DNA of 32,401 nucleotides, from assembly GCA_015521945.1 (NCBI GenBank), contig WANG01000187.1, positions 1-32,401 on the forward strand, written 5' to 3'. The notes under the pieces were generated by a model that was given only the letters and a program-made list of their open reading frames with translations, searched no databases and had not been told where the DNA came from. The position numbers and the translations under genes were made by a program. The stretch comes from Candidatus Hydrothermarchaeota archaeon (GTDB taxonomy: Archaea; Hydrothermarchaeota; Hydrothermarchaeia; Hydrothermarchaeales; BMS3B). Below, piece after piece: positions 17,700 to 25,948 of this stretch; position 1 is the stretch's first letter, and each line of letters begins with the position of its first letter.

Positions 17700-18252
17700 C
17701 ACCACCGTAGAACAGGAGAAGAATTCCCGCGCACATCACCACCGAGGCTGCCCAGAATAGGGCGGGGAACACCTGGAAGCTCAGTGCACCCAGCAGCACC
17801 GCCGGCACCCCCAGGTGGGTGAGCGCCGAGCCCAGCTTCTTCCTGCGGCTCTGGAACATGAACCTCATCTCCTCCCACCTGAAGGGCAGCATGAGCACCA
17901 CCAAGAGCTGAAGCACCAGCGCAAAGCTCGCAGTGAGCACGGCAGCTGCGCGGTAGTCCAGCAGGTACAGGGGCAGGCTCACCACCAGGATTACCCCCCA
18001 CAGGCGCATCAGGTACCTCTCCCGCACCACCCTCCGTGGTATGCACAGGGCGAGCACCACCAGGAAGGCTGCGGCTAAGGGCAGGGCAAAGCGGTCCATC
18101 CTCTGGGAAAAGCTCAGGTAGGCGGGGGAGTAGGTGAAGTACTTTGAGCCTGAACTCATCCAGGCGTACAGGAATATCCCGTAGAGGCACACCACCCCCA
18201 GGGCTGCAAGCACCGCCACCGCAGCCAAGGTGAGGCTCCTCTCACCGCTCAT
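17674..18252 (-). CDS. Membrane protein resembling the C-terminal transmembrane half of CcmF (CcmF2-like, lacking the external soluble domain)
   Basis: About six hydrophobic helices. KLGSALTHLG..V.LG matches the CcmF G..AHLG TM-His2 motif. Divergent from a CcmF N-half gene. Confidence 0.55.
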   Translation of the reverse strand: MSGERSLTLAAVAVLAALGVVCLYGIFLYAWMSSGSKYFTYSPAYLSFSQRMDRFALPLAAAFLVVLALCIPRRVVRERYLMRLWGVILVVSLPLYLLDYRAAAVLTASFALVLQLLVVLMLPFRWEEMRFMFQSRRKKLGSALTHLGVPAVLLGALSFQVFPALFWAASVVMCAGILLLFYGGDDDTGWSG

Positions 18253-18305
18253 GTGCTAAAAAGAGCACAGCAGAGTTTAAATAATTTAGCGGAGTAGGTA
18301 GTAAG

Positions 18306-19253
18306 GTGGAGTACACCCAGTTCCTCGGATTCACCCGCGAGGCGCTCCGCTACTACACCCCCTTAGTGTCGGCGGTGCTGCTGACCTCGGCGGCAGCGAC
18401 GCTTGCCGCGGCGCTCCACCTCAGAGGCTGCAGGCGGTGCTCCCGCGTATCCTTCAGCCTGGCAGCCCTCTTGGCCCTTGAGCTCACCCTCCTGTACATC
18501 CTCCTCATCCGGTACCACTTAGGCCTGGCGGAGGTGGAGTTCAGCATCCCCGGCATGGGCAGCTTCACCCTGCTTATACCCCCCTGGGTTGAGGAGGAGC
18601 GGCTGCTCTTCTGGCTCTGGATGTACTCCTTCATGGTGCTCTACGCCTGGCGCTACTCCCCCCGGCTGGGCTCCCTCCTGAACCTCGGCAGCCTCTGCTT
18701 CGCCGCCGCCATCTACCTCACCGGCAGAGCCGAGCCCCTTCCGGAGATGCGGGCGCTGATTGAGCAGTACCTGCTGGTAAAGCTCCACCCCCTCGGGCTC
18801 TTCTACGCCACCGACCTCCTCCACGCCCTGCAGGGCAGGTACATGCTCTACTCCACCTGGTACATGTGGGTGCACCCCCCGCTGGTCTTCTTCGCCTACG
18901 CCGCCTTCACCGTGAGCTTCTTCGCCTGCATCGCCATGCTTGTAGCCAAGGAGCCCGCCTACGAGCGCGCCGCATCAGCCTACGCCAAGCTCGGGTACCT
19001 GCCCCTCACCGTGGGGCTGCTCCTCGGGTACCCCTGGGCGGTTGAAGCCTGGAAGGACGTGAGCTGGTGGTGGTCCCCCGTGGTGAGCGCCTCCTTCATG
19101 ATGTGGTTCTTCTACACCGCCTACCTGCACGCCCGGCTCTACCTGCACAGCATGCGCACCCTGGTGGCGCTCTTAGGCATCGCCGGGTATGCAAGCGTGC
19201 TCTTGGCATACGCCATAATCTTCATCCTCCCGGGCGCCCACTCCTACGCCTGA
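18306..19253 (+). CDS. Cytochrome c biogenesis heme-handling protein, CcmF N-terminal half / CcsA family
   Basis: W.EE..LLFW, HPPL.F.AY, LT.GLLLG..WA....SWWWSPV.SASFM.W..YTAYLH, and a terminal GAHSYA. Confidence 0.85.
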   Translation: MEYTQFLGFTREALRYYTPLVSAVLLTSAAATLAAALHLRGCRRCSRVSFSLAALLALELTLLYILLIRYHLGLAEVEFSIPGMGSFTLLIPPWVEEERLLFWLWMYSFMVLYAWRYSPRLGSLLNLGSLCFAAAIYLTGRAEPLPEMRALIEQYLLVKLHPLGLFYATDLLHALQGRYMLYSTWYMWVHPPLVFFAYAAFTVSFFACIAMLVAKEPAYERAASAYAKLGYLPLTVGLLLGYPWAVEAWKDVSWWWSPVVSASFMMWFFYTAYLHARLYLHSMRTLVALLGIAGYASVLLAYAIIFILPGAHSYA

Positions 19254-19254
19254 A

Positions 19255-19554
19255 TCACCTCAGGGTAACCATCTGGGCGTGGGGTACGCCCTGCACCCTG
19301 AGCACCCTCCTGCGGTCTATGAGCCCTGACTTTATCCCCATCCTCACCGCCCCCTCACCCGTCAGGTTTATGATGGTCGCCTCCCTGAGCACCTGCAGCA
19401 CCTCCCTCTCGCTCAGCCTCTCCCCCCCGTAGAACTCCCTCCGCACATCCAGCACCACCTCACCCTCCTCAAACACCTGCCCCAGCAGCTCCTCATCGCA
19501 CACCGCCACCAGCACATCCATCTCAACCCTGTAAACCTTCGTCCAGTACCTCAT
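19255..19554 (-). CDS. DUF424 family protein
   Basis: LVAVCDEELLG..F......V...FYGG, ATIINLTG..AV, GVPHAQ. Confidence 0.85.
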   Translation of the reverse strand: MRYWTKVYRVEMDVLVAVCDEELLGQVFEEGEVVLDVRREFYGGERLSEREVLQVLREATIINLTGEGAVRMGIKSGLIDRRRVLRVQGVPHAQMVTLR

Positions 19555-19555
19555 G

Positions 19556-20263
19556 CTAAACCCTTCTGAACCTTCCTATCTTGGGCTCGTATATCTCACC
19601 ATCCCCCAGCAGCTCGTTGAGCACGCTCTCCAGCACCTCCTCCTCCAGGCCGCTCTCCCTGAGCAGGGTGATGTACTTCACCCCCTCTCCATCATCCAGC
19701 TCCTCTATCAGGCTGAGCACCTTCATCTTGGGCTCCACCTCCGCCTCGGCCTCCTCCACGCTCTCCTCAACCACCTCAACGCTCTCCTCGGTCACCTCGG
19801 GCTCCTCCAGGGGCGCCGGCTCCTCCTGCTCCGCATGAGGTACGGGCTCGGGTGCTCCGGGGGCATGTGCATGCTTCTGCAGGGCTATCTCAAGCCTGCG
19901 CACCAGCTCCCAGTTGGGGTCATCCACCCGCCAGGCGCACTCCGCAAGCACGTACACCTCACCCTCGTACTCCCTGGGCTTGCCTATCACATCCACCGTA
20001 TCCCCCACCCTGAGCTTCAGCAGGGGCTCCACCTCCCTGAAGGCGCGCACCGCTATCGTCTCGGTGCCATCATCTAAGGTAACGCTGGCAAACTTCCCGT
20101 CCTCGCTCACGAACTTGCTCACCACCACCCCCATGAGCCTGACTCTTCCCGCCCTCACCCCCTGCCTGGTGAGCACGTAGTTTGCCTCCTTGGAGCCGCT
20201 GCGCACAAACCTCCCCTCCACCACGTCCCTGACCTCAAGCTTAACCGCGGTCTCACGCTCCAC
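19556..20263 (-). CDS. Replication protein A 32-kDa-type subunit (OB fold, acidic linker, winged helix)
   Basis: RVRLMGVVV, LDDGTETI, VDVIGKPREY, DPNWE, C-terminal GEIYEPK.G. GTG 20263 follows a GAGGTGA RBS. Confidence 0.85.
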   Translation of the reverse strand: MERETAVKLEVRDVVEGRFVRSGSKEANYVLTRQGVRAGRVRLMGVVVSKFVSEDGKFASVTLDDGTETIAVRAFREVEPLLKLRVGDTVDVIGKPREYEGEVYVLAECAWRVDDPNWELVRRLEIALQKHAHAPGAPEPVPHAEQEEPAPLEEPEVTEESVEVVEESVEEAEAEVEPKMKVLSLIEELDDGEGVKYITLLRESGLEEEVLESVLNELLGDGEIYEPKIGRFRRV

Positions 20264-20273
20264 ACCAATCACC

Positions 20274-22310
20274 TCACGCCGTCTTGAAGTGGTCGTGCTT
20301 GGGCTCAAATATGTCCCCGCTGTCGTGCAGCTTCTTGAGTATCTCATCAACCTCTCCCTTGGATATCCCCCTCCTCTCAGCCTCCTCCAGTATCTCGGAG
20401 CGCTTGGCGGTGCCGTACTCCTCCTCCAGCTCCCTGATTATTCCCAGCACCTCCCGTATCTTGTCCCGCTGGGACTTGGTCACCCCCACGTATATCTTGT
20501 CTATGTCCACCCTGCCGGTCTCAAAGTCCAGCCCCGCCTGGGACAGGCTGAACTTTATCAGCTCTATTGCTCGCTCCGCATCCTCGGCGGTAACCACCCT
20601 GCTGAGCCTCACCCTCGCCCTCGCCCTTGCGAGCCTCACTATCGCCCAGAGCTGCCTCGCGGTTAGCGGAATCGGCACGTCCTCGCTCTGCTGCGCCACC
20701 TCCCGCATCTCCACGTAGAAGTCCTCTATCACCCTCCTCGCCTCCTCGCTCAGCTCCGGGAAGATGTTCTGCCTGGCGTAGGCGATGTACTTCCTCAGCA
20801 GCTCCGGGGGTATGGGGGGCTGCAGGGACTCAGGGGAAGCTGCGGTATCCAGGATGTGCCTCGCCACCTCCCTGGTCTTGGAGAGGTCGTCCCTGACGAA
20901 GAATATCAGGTCAAATCGGGACAGTATGGTCGGGGGCAGGTTGACCTGCTCTGAAATCGGGCGGTACTCATCAAACCTCCCGTACTTCGGGTTGGCCGCC
21001 GCAAGAATGGCGCAGCGGGAGCGGAAGGTGGCGAGAATGCCAGCCTTGGCTATGCTCACGCTCTGCTGCTCCATCGCCTCGTGCATCGCCGAGCGGTCGC
21101 CTGCCTCCATCTTGTCAAACTCATCAATGCACGCCACCCCTCTGTCGGCGAGCACCAGCGCCCCCGCCTCAAGGCTCCAGCCACCGTCCCCGAACTCGTC
21201 CTTAACCGCCGCCGCAGTAAGACCTGCTCCGCTCGTGCCCTTGCCGCTGGCGTACACCCCCCTGGGCGCCAGCTCCTTGGCAACGTACTGCAGAATCTCG
21301 CTCTTACCCGTGGCAGGCTCGCCCATGATTATTATGTGAGAATCCCCGCGTATTCGCCCCCCATCAGGGAGCTCAATAGGGGGCGCGGAGAAGAGCTGGT
21401 ACATTATCGCCTCCTTTATCTCCTCGTACCCGTATATGTGGGGAGCGATGCTCTTAACGATCTTTGAGTATATCTCTGGGTCCTGCGCCAGCTCCAGAAT
21501 CTTCCTCTCATCCTCCCTTGAAATCTGCACCTCCTCAAACTCTATCTCCACGGGGTTGAAGTTGTTCGCCTCAATGAACACCTCAACCACCCTGGACTTT
21601 GCGCCTCCGCTCTTCCTCAGCCCCGCCCTCAGCACCCCTATAATCTCCACCGAGTCTCCGGGGGTGAGCCTCCCGGTCAGGTCGTCCTCCAGCAGCACCA
21701 TAATCTGCTTCGGGTGCTCCCCTCCCCTCAGGTCCTCAAGGTTCTCCTGCACCAGCAGCTTCTGGGAGTCAACGAAGTCAGAAGCCTCAACATCAAGCTT
21801 GAAGGGTCCCCTGTTCTCGCACCCGCTGCACAGGTAGGGCTCCCTCAGGTTCTCATCCCTCTGCCTCACCAGGTTAACCTCCCCGCACCTCCTGCACTCA
21901 AAGGCGGCAACCACCAGCTTTGGGCGGACATCCGTGGCTTTGCGCACTATCCCCTCCACCGATATCAGCCTGCCCACGTTCTCGCTCCTTATATCCCTTA
22001 TCGCAAGCCTGCTGGTGCTGGGCAGGTTCGTGAAGCGCACGTTGAGCTCCGCCCTGCCCCTCCCCACGGGCTGCTCTATTCTGGCGCATGCCCTCTGGGC
22101 GGCAGGTATGGCCAGGTCGGGGGAGTTTATCACCAGGTCCCCGAGGCGTATGTCGTACCTGTCAAGCACCTCAAAGTCCACCACCACGCTCCTGGTCTCT
22201 GGGTAGCCGTGCACCGCCTCCAGGATCTGGGAGTGGTAGTATGCTCTGAAGAACCTCTCAAACCTCTCCTCCAGCTCCTCCGCCACTTCAGCCGCCTGCG
22301 CCATTACCAT
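20274..22310 (-). CDS. mcm: Replicative helicase MCM (no intein)
   Basis: C4 Zn finger, GEPATGKS Walker A, GAGLTAA, LEAGALVLAD, IDEFDKM, HEAMEQQ, AAANPK.GRF and the SRFDL arginine finger. Confidence 0.97.
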   Translation of the reverse strand: MVMAQAAEVAEELEERFERFFRAYYHSQILEAVHGYPETRSVVVDFEVLDRYDIRLGDLVINSPDLAIPAAQRACARIEQPVGRGRAELNVRFTNLPSTSRLAIRDIRSENVGRLISVEGIVRKATDVRPKLVVAAFECRRCGEVNLVRQRDENLREPYLCSGCENRGPFKLDVEASDFVDSQKLLVQENLEDLRGGEHPKQIMVLLEDDLTGRLTPGDSVEIIGVLRAGLRKSGGAKSRVVEVFIEANNFNPVEIEFEEVQISREDERKILELAQDPEIYSKIVKSIAPHIYGYEEIKEAIMYQLFSAPPIELPDGGRIRGDSHIIIMGEPATGKSEILQYVAKELAPRGVYASGKGTSGAGLTAAAVKDEFGDGGWSLEAGALVLADRGVACIDEFDKMEAGDRSAMHEAMEQQSVSIAKAGILATFRSRCAILAAANPKYGRFDEYRPISEQVNLPPTILSRFDLIFFVRDDLSKTREVARHILDTAASPESLQPPIPPELLRKYIAYARQNIFPELSEEARRVIEDFYVEMREVAQQSEDVPIPLTARQLWAIVRLARARARVRLSRVVTAEDAERAIELIKFSLSQAGLDFETGRVDIDKIYVGVTKSQRDKIREVLGIIRELEEEYGTAKRSEILEEAERRGISKGEVDEILKKLHDSGDIFEPKHDHFKTA

Positions 22311-22329
22311 GAGTTGCCCACACTCACTA

Positions 22330-22983
22330 TTAACCTCTTCGGTGCTTCCTCAGTAAAGGTGCCAGAAGCATGCCGGCTGCAAACCCCCCTGCATGGGCGA
22401 AGTACGCCACTCCGCCTGCCTGCATCTCCCCCAGGCTCAGCAGCCCCGTGAGCACCTGCAGCAGGAACCACAGCCCCAGCACCAGGGCAGCGGGGAGGTA
22501 CACCACCCTCACTATTATCCCAAGGATGATGAGCGTCCTCACCTTGGCGGTGGGGTAGCTGACGAAGTAGGCACCCAGCACCCCCGCAATCGCCCCGCTG
22601 GCGCCCACCCCAGGAAGCTGGGAGTCGGGGTAAACCGCAACCTGGGCGAGCATTGCCACGATGCCGGAGAAGAAGTAGAAGAGGGTGTACCTCACCCTCC
22701 CCATCATATCCTCCACGTTGTCCCCGAAGATGTACAGGTAGAGCATGTTTCCGGCGATGTGCAGAAATCCCCCGTGGATGAACATGGAGGTCAGGAGGGT
22801 GTGCAGCGCCTCCCCCTTGGTGAGCTTAGCCGGCACGGCGCCGTAGGTGTAGACGAACTCCTCCAGCCTGCCCTGGCTCCACAGGGAGAGCTCGTACACG
22901 AACACCCCCAGGTTAACCGCTATGAGGGTCCAGGTTACCAAGGGGACGCTCCTCGCAGGGTTGCGGTCGCCGATGGGTATCAT
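22330..22983 (-). CDS. Rhomboid family intramembrane serine protease
   Basis: SMFIHGG.LHIAGNMLYL..FGDNVE, GASGAIAG and AYFAH.GGF. Confidence 0.93.
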   Translation of the reverse strand: MIPIGDRNPARSVPLVTWTLIAVNLGVFVYELSLWSQGRLEEFVYTYGAVPAKLTKGEALHTLLTSMFIHGGFLHIAGNMLYLYIFGDNVEDMMGRVRYTLFYFFSGIVAMLAQVAVYPDSQLPGVGASGAIAGVLGAYFVSYPTAKVRTLIILGIIVRVVYLPAALVLGLWFLLQVLTGLLSLGEMQAGGVAYFAHAGGFAAGMLLAPLLRKHRRG

Positions 22984-23639
22984 CGCCTCACCTGCCTCAG
23001 CTCCCTGAAGGCTCTGTAGGCGTCGCTCTTCCTGAAGCTCCTGAATCCGAGCCTCACGAGGAGGGGTGGGGAGAACTCAAAGGGTATGTTGAGCAGGAAT
23101 AGGAGCCCCAAGGCGATGGCGGCCTCTCCGGAGCCCGTGCGCAGGGCAATCAGCAGCCCCAGGAAGCTCCCCAAGATGCTCCCCGCTATGCCCGAGAGGT
23201 GCATCAGGGCTCTCCTCAGGGGCGTGGCTCTGAGGTACGTGCCGTAGTGCACCTTGAGGGTCGGCTCCACCCTTGCGGGACCGTTCAGGAAAACGTAGAG
23301 GAAGCGCATGCCCAGCAGCATGCCCGTGACGAGGTGGAAGAGGGTGTGCAGGGTGCTCATCAGCATCAGGGTGGCGACCAGGAAGACGCCCACCTGCGCC
23401 ACGCCCTCAAGGCGCGCCCCCACCCAGAAGAGGGGCACCGAGGCGAGGAGGGGGAGGCTCATCACCACAACCCCCGCCTTCAGCCCCACGCTGCGCTTCC
23501 TGAACCTCCTGGCATCTATCTCAGCCAGCCTATCCCCGTACCTCCGTGCCAGCTCCGGGTCTGCCTTCATCGCCCTCACAGCCCTCATGAACCCCTCCAC
23601 CGTGAAGTTCCTCTCAAGCTCCCTCAGCTCCCCTTCCAT
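22980..23639 (-). CDS. Hypothetical membrane protein with an HxxxH motif (M50-like topology)
   Basis: Several TM helices, STLHTLFH..G..G.RF, late SD; ATGA overlap with the rhomboid gene. Confidence 0.65.
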   Translation of the reverse strand: MEGELRELERNFTVEGFMRAVRAMKADPELARRYGDRLAEIDARRFRKRSVGLKAGVVVMSLPLLASVPLFWVGARLEGVAQVGVFLVATLMLMSTLHTLFHLVTGMLLGMRFLYVFLNGPARVEPTLKVHYGTYLRATPLRRALMHLSGIAGSILGSFLGLLIALRTGSGEAAIALGLLFLLNIPFEFSPPLLVRLGFRSFRKSDAYRAFRELRQVRR

Positions 23640-23681
23640 GCATGATTATTTCCTCACGGCGGGTTATTAACTTGCTGGAGC

Positions 23682-24260
23682 ATGGCTGATGAGAGGCACC
23701 TGCACCCCCTGCAGGTGTACATCCTGCTCCACCTGAAGCGGGCGGACACCGAGTACGCGAAGGGCATAGCCAGGAGGCTGAAAATCAGCACGGCGGAGGT
23801 GGAGGAGGCCCTCGGCAGGCTTGAGGCGTGGAGCCTCGTGGAGCGCTCCTCCGGGTCTGCGATAAAGAGGAGCGAGGCGAGGTTCAAGCTCGCCCAGGAG
23901 GTCAGGAAGCACCACCTGTACTACACCCTCACGAGGGCTGGTAAGCACCTGCTGCGGAAGCTGAGCATCACCTGCTACCTGCGCGCCCGCTACTCGGAGA
24001 AGGCGCCGGAGGTGCTGGAAGTGCTGAGGAAGGCGGGGTGCGAGAACCACCTCACCCTCGCCAGGCTCACCTCCATGAAGCCCGCGGAAGCCAAGGAGCT
24101 GCTTGAGCGCCTCCGCAGGGACGGGCTGGCAAGCACCTGCAGCGCCAGGGTGCTGAAGAGGAAGCACAGGAGGGCAAAGCCCAAGAAGGAGACCAGGACG
24201 CACCACACCTACTACCGCCTCTCCAGGATGGGCGAGCTCCTGCTCAGGGGCGCCCTGTAG
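23682..24260 (+). CDS. DUF2250-like winged-helix protein with two tandem units
   Basis: HLKRA..EYAK.IA and a repeated K..E.R.HH.YY.L.R.G..LLR. Confidence 0.75.
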   Translation: MADERHLHPLQVYILLHLKRADTEYAKGIARRLKISTAEVEEALGRLEAWSLVERSSGSAIKRSEARFKLAQEVRKHHLYYTLTRAGKHLLRKLSITCYLRARYSEKAPEVLEVLRKAGCENHLTLARLTSMKPAEAKELLERLRRDGLASTCSARVLKRKHRRAKPKKETRTHHTYYRLSRMGELLLRGAL

Positions 24261-24265
24261 CCCGC

Positions 24266-25948
24266 CTAAGGGTGGGCGTAGCACGCCACGATCGCCTCAT
24301 CCTTAGAGTCTATCCTCACGAACCCGTACCTCTCAAACTGCACCACCCTGCCGGGCTCCACAGAGCGCAGGGCAGCCTCCCCCACCCCCGTATCCCTGCC
24401 CTCCGGCCTCAGCACCTCCACCTCCACGTGCTCCCCCGCGGGCACCCAGTGAATCAGCCTGGCTCCGTGACGCTTCGCCTCCTCAAGCTCCCTGCTGTGG
24501 AACTCCGCCACACCCTCGCCACCTCCAGCTCTCCTGAGCAGCACGTTGAAGCCCTCCATGAGCCTCACCACCTGCCCCTCCTCAAGCCTCTCAAGGTCGC
24601 GCCTGTCTATGAACACCTCAGCCCTGCCCCCCCTGCCGGAGAGCACCAGCTCCCTGTACCCCCTCTCGGGGTGGTCGGGGTGCAGCCTCACCCTCGCCCT
24701 GAAGCTCTCAATGCCCTCCACCACCAGCCTGGCTGGAGACGCCACGAAGAAGTAGCGGTCCGCCACGGGCTCAACCAGCTGGCGGTTGTGGGCATAGAGC
24801 ACCTTCCAGCTGAAGCTTATATCGCTCTGCTTCACCCCCGCCTCCAGCACAGCCCTGCGCACCGCCTCGGGCATGAACCCCCTCCTGGCGAGGGCGCGCA
24901 GGGTGCCGAGTCTGACATCATCCCACCCGGAGTACTCCCCCGCCTCAATCCCCCGCCTGATCTCCGAGGTGCTCAGGCGCACCCCCTCTATCTTCATCCT
25001 GCCGTAGTGGATGAACTCCGGCATCTCCCACCCGAAGAACCTGTAGATGAACTCCTGCTTGCGGGTGTTGACTATGTGGTCCTTCCCGCGAAGCACGTGG
25101 GTGACTCCCAGCAGGTGGTCGTCCACCGCCACCGAGAAGTTCATCAGGGGGTACACCCTGGCATCCACCCTGGGGTGGGGCACCTCCGAGATGCGCATTA
25201 TCGGGAAGTCCCTCATAGCAGGGTCCCTGAGCTCCATGCCCGTCTTCAGCCTCAGCACCGCCTCCCCCTCTTTAAGCTCCGAGAACATCCTGCCGAACTC
25301 CCGCAGGTTCTCCTCCACGCTCTGCTCCCTGTGCTCGCACGGCTCGCCGCGACCCCTGAGCCTCCTGAAGTGCTCCGTATCGCAGAAGCACACGTAGGCT
25401 CTGCCCATGCGGATGAGCTGCTCCGCGTGCTCCCTGTAAACATCCAGGCGTGAGCTCTGCACCACCACCTGGTGCACCTCAACCCCCAGCCAGCTCAGGT
25501 CCTGGGGTATCATCTCGTACGCCGGCGGGTAAACCCTCGCCGGGTCCGTGTCCTCTATGCGCAGAATCAGCCTCCCCGAGTACCTCCTGACGTACTCGTG
25601 GTTCAGCACCGCAGCCCTGGCGTGCCCCAGGTGGAGGGGCCCGCTGGGGTTGGGCGCAAACCTCATGACCACCCTGCTGGTGTCCCCGGGGAGCTCTGGA
25701 AGCCCCGCCTCCCGCTTCCTCCTCCTCTCAGGAGCCCCCAGCCTCTCCGCCTCCCTCTCTATCTCCTCCCTGGTGAGGGCGTTCACCTCCTCCACCACCC
25801 TGCGCACCTCCTCCACCACCTCCCTCCCCCTGCCCCTCAGCTCGGGATGCTCCCCCATGAGCTTGCCCAGCACCGCCTTCCAGTTAGCCCTGCCGTACCT
25901 CTTGGCATTCAGAATCGCGTGCCTCCTCGCAGCCTCAAGGTAGCTCAC
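24266..25948 (-). CDS. gltX: Glutamate--tRNA ligase (archaeal type)
   Basis: MRFAPNPSGPLHLGH, RIEDTDP, THVLRGKDH, LSTS, GWDD.RLGT and QFERYGF. Confidence 0.96.
   Translation of the reverse strand: MSYLEAARRHAILNAKRYGRANWKAVLGKLMGEHPELRGRGREVVEEVRRVVEEVNALTREEIEREAERLGAPERRRKREAGLPELPGDTSRVVMRFAPNPSGPLHLGHARAAVLNHEYVRRYSGRLILRIEDTDPARVYPPAYEMIPQDLSWLGVEVHQVVVQSSRLDVYREHAEQLIRMGRAYVCFCDTEHFRRLRGRGEPCEHREQSVEENLREFGRMFSELKEGEAVLRLKTGMELRDPAMRDFPIMRISEVPHPRVDARVYPLMNFSVAVDDHLLGVTHVLRGKDHIVNTRKQEFIYRFFGWEMPEFIHYGRMKIEGVRLSTSEIRRGIEAGEYSGWDDVRLGTLRALARRGFMPEAVRRAVLEAGVKQSDISFSWKVLYAHNRQLVEPVADRYFFVASPARLVVEGIESFRARVRLHPDHPERGYRELVLSGRGGRAEVFIDRRDLERLEEGQVVRLMEGFNVLLRRAGGGEGVAEFHSRELEEAKRHGARLIHWVPAGEHVEVEVLRPEGRDTGVGEAALRSVEPGRVVQFERYGFVRIDSKDEAIVACYAHP

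Noticed and set aside
20274..22310. Intein in MCM
   Set aside because: The 678-aa length and contiguous AAA+ motifs leave no room for one.
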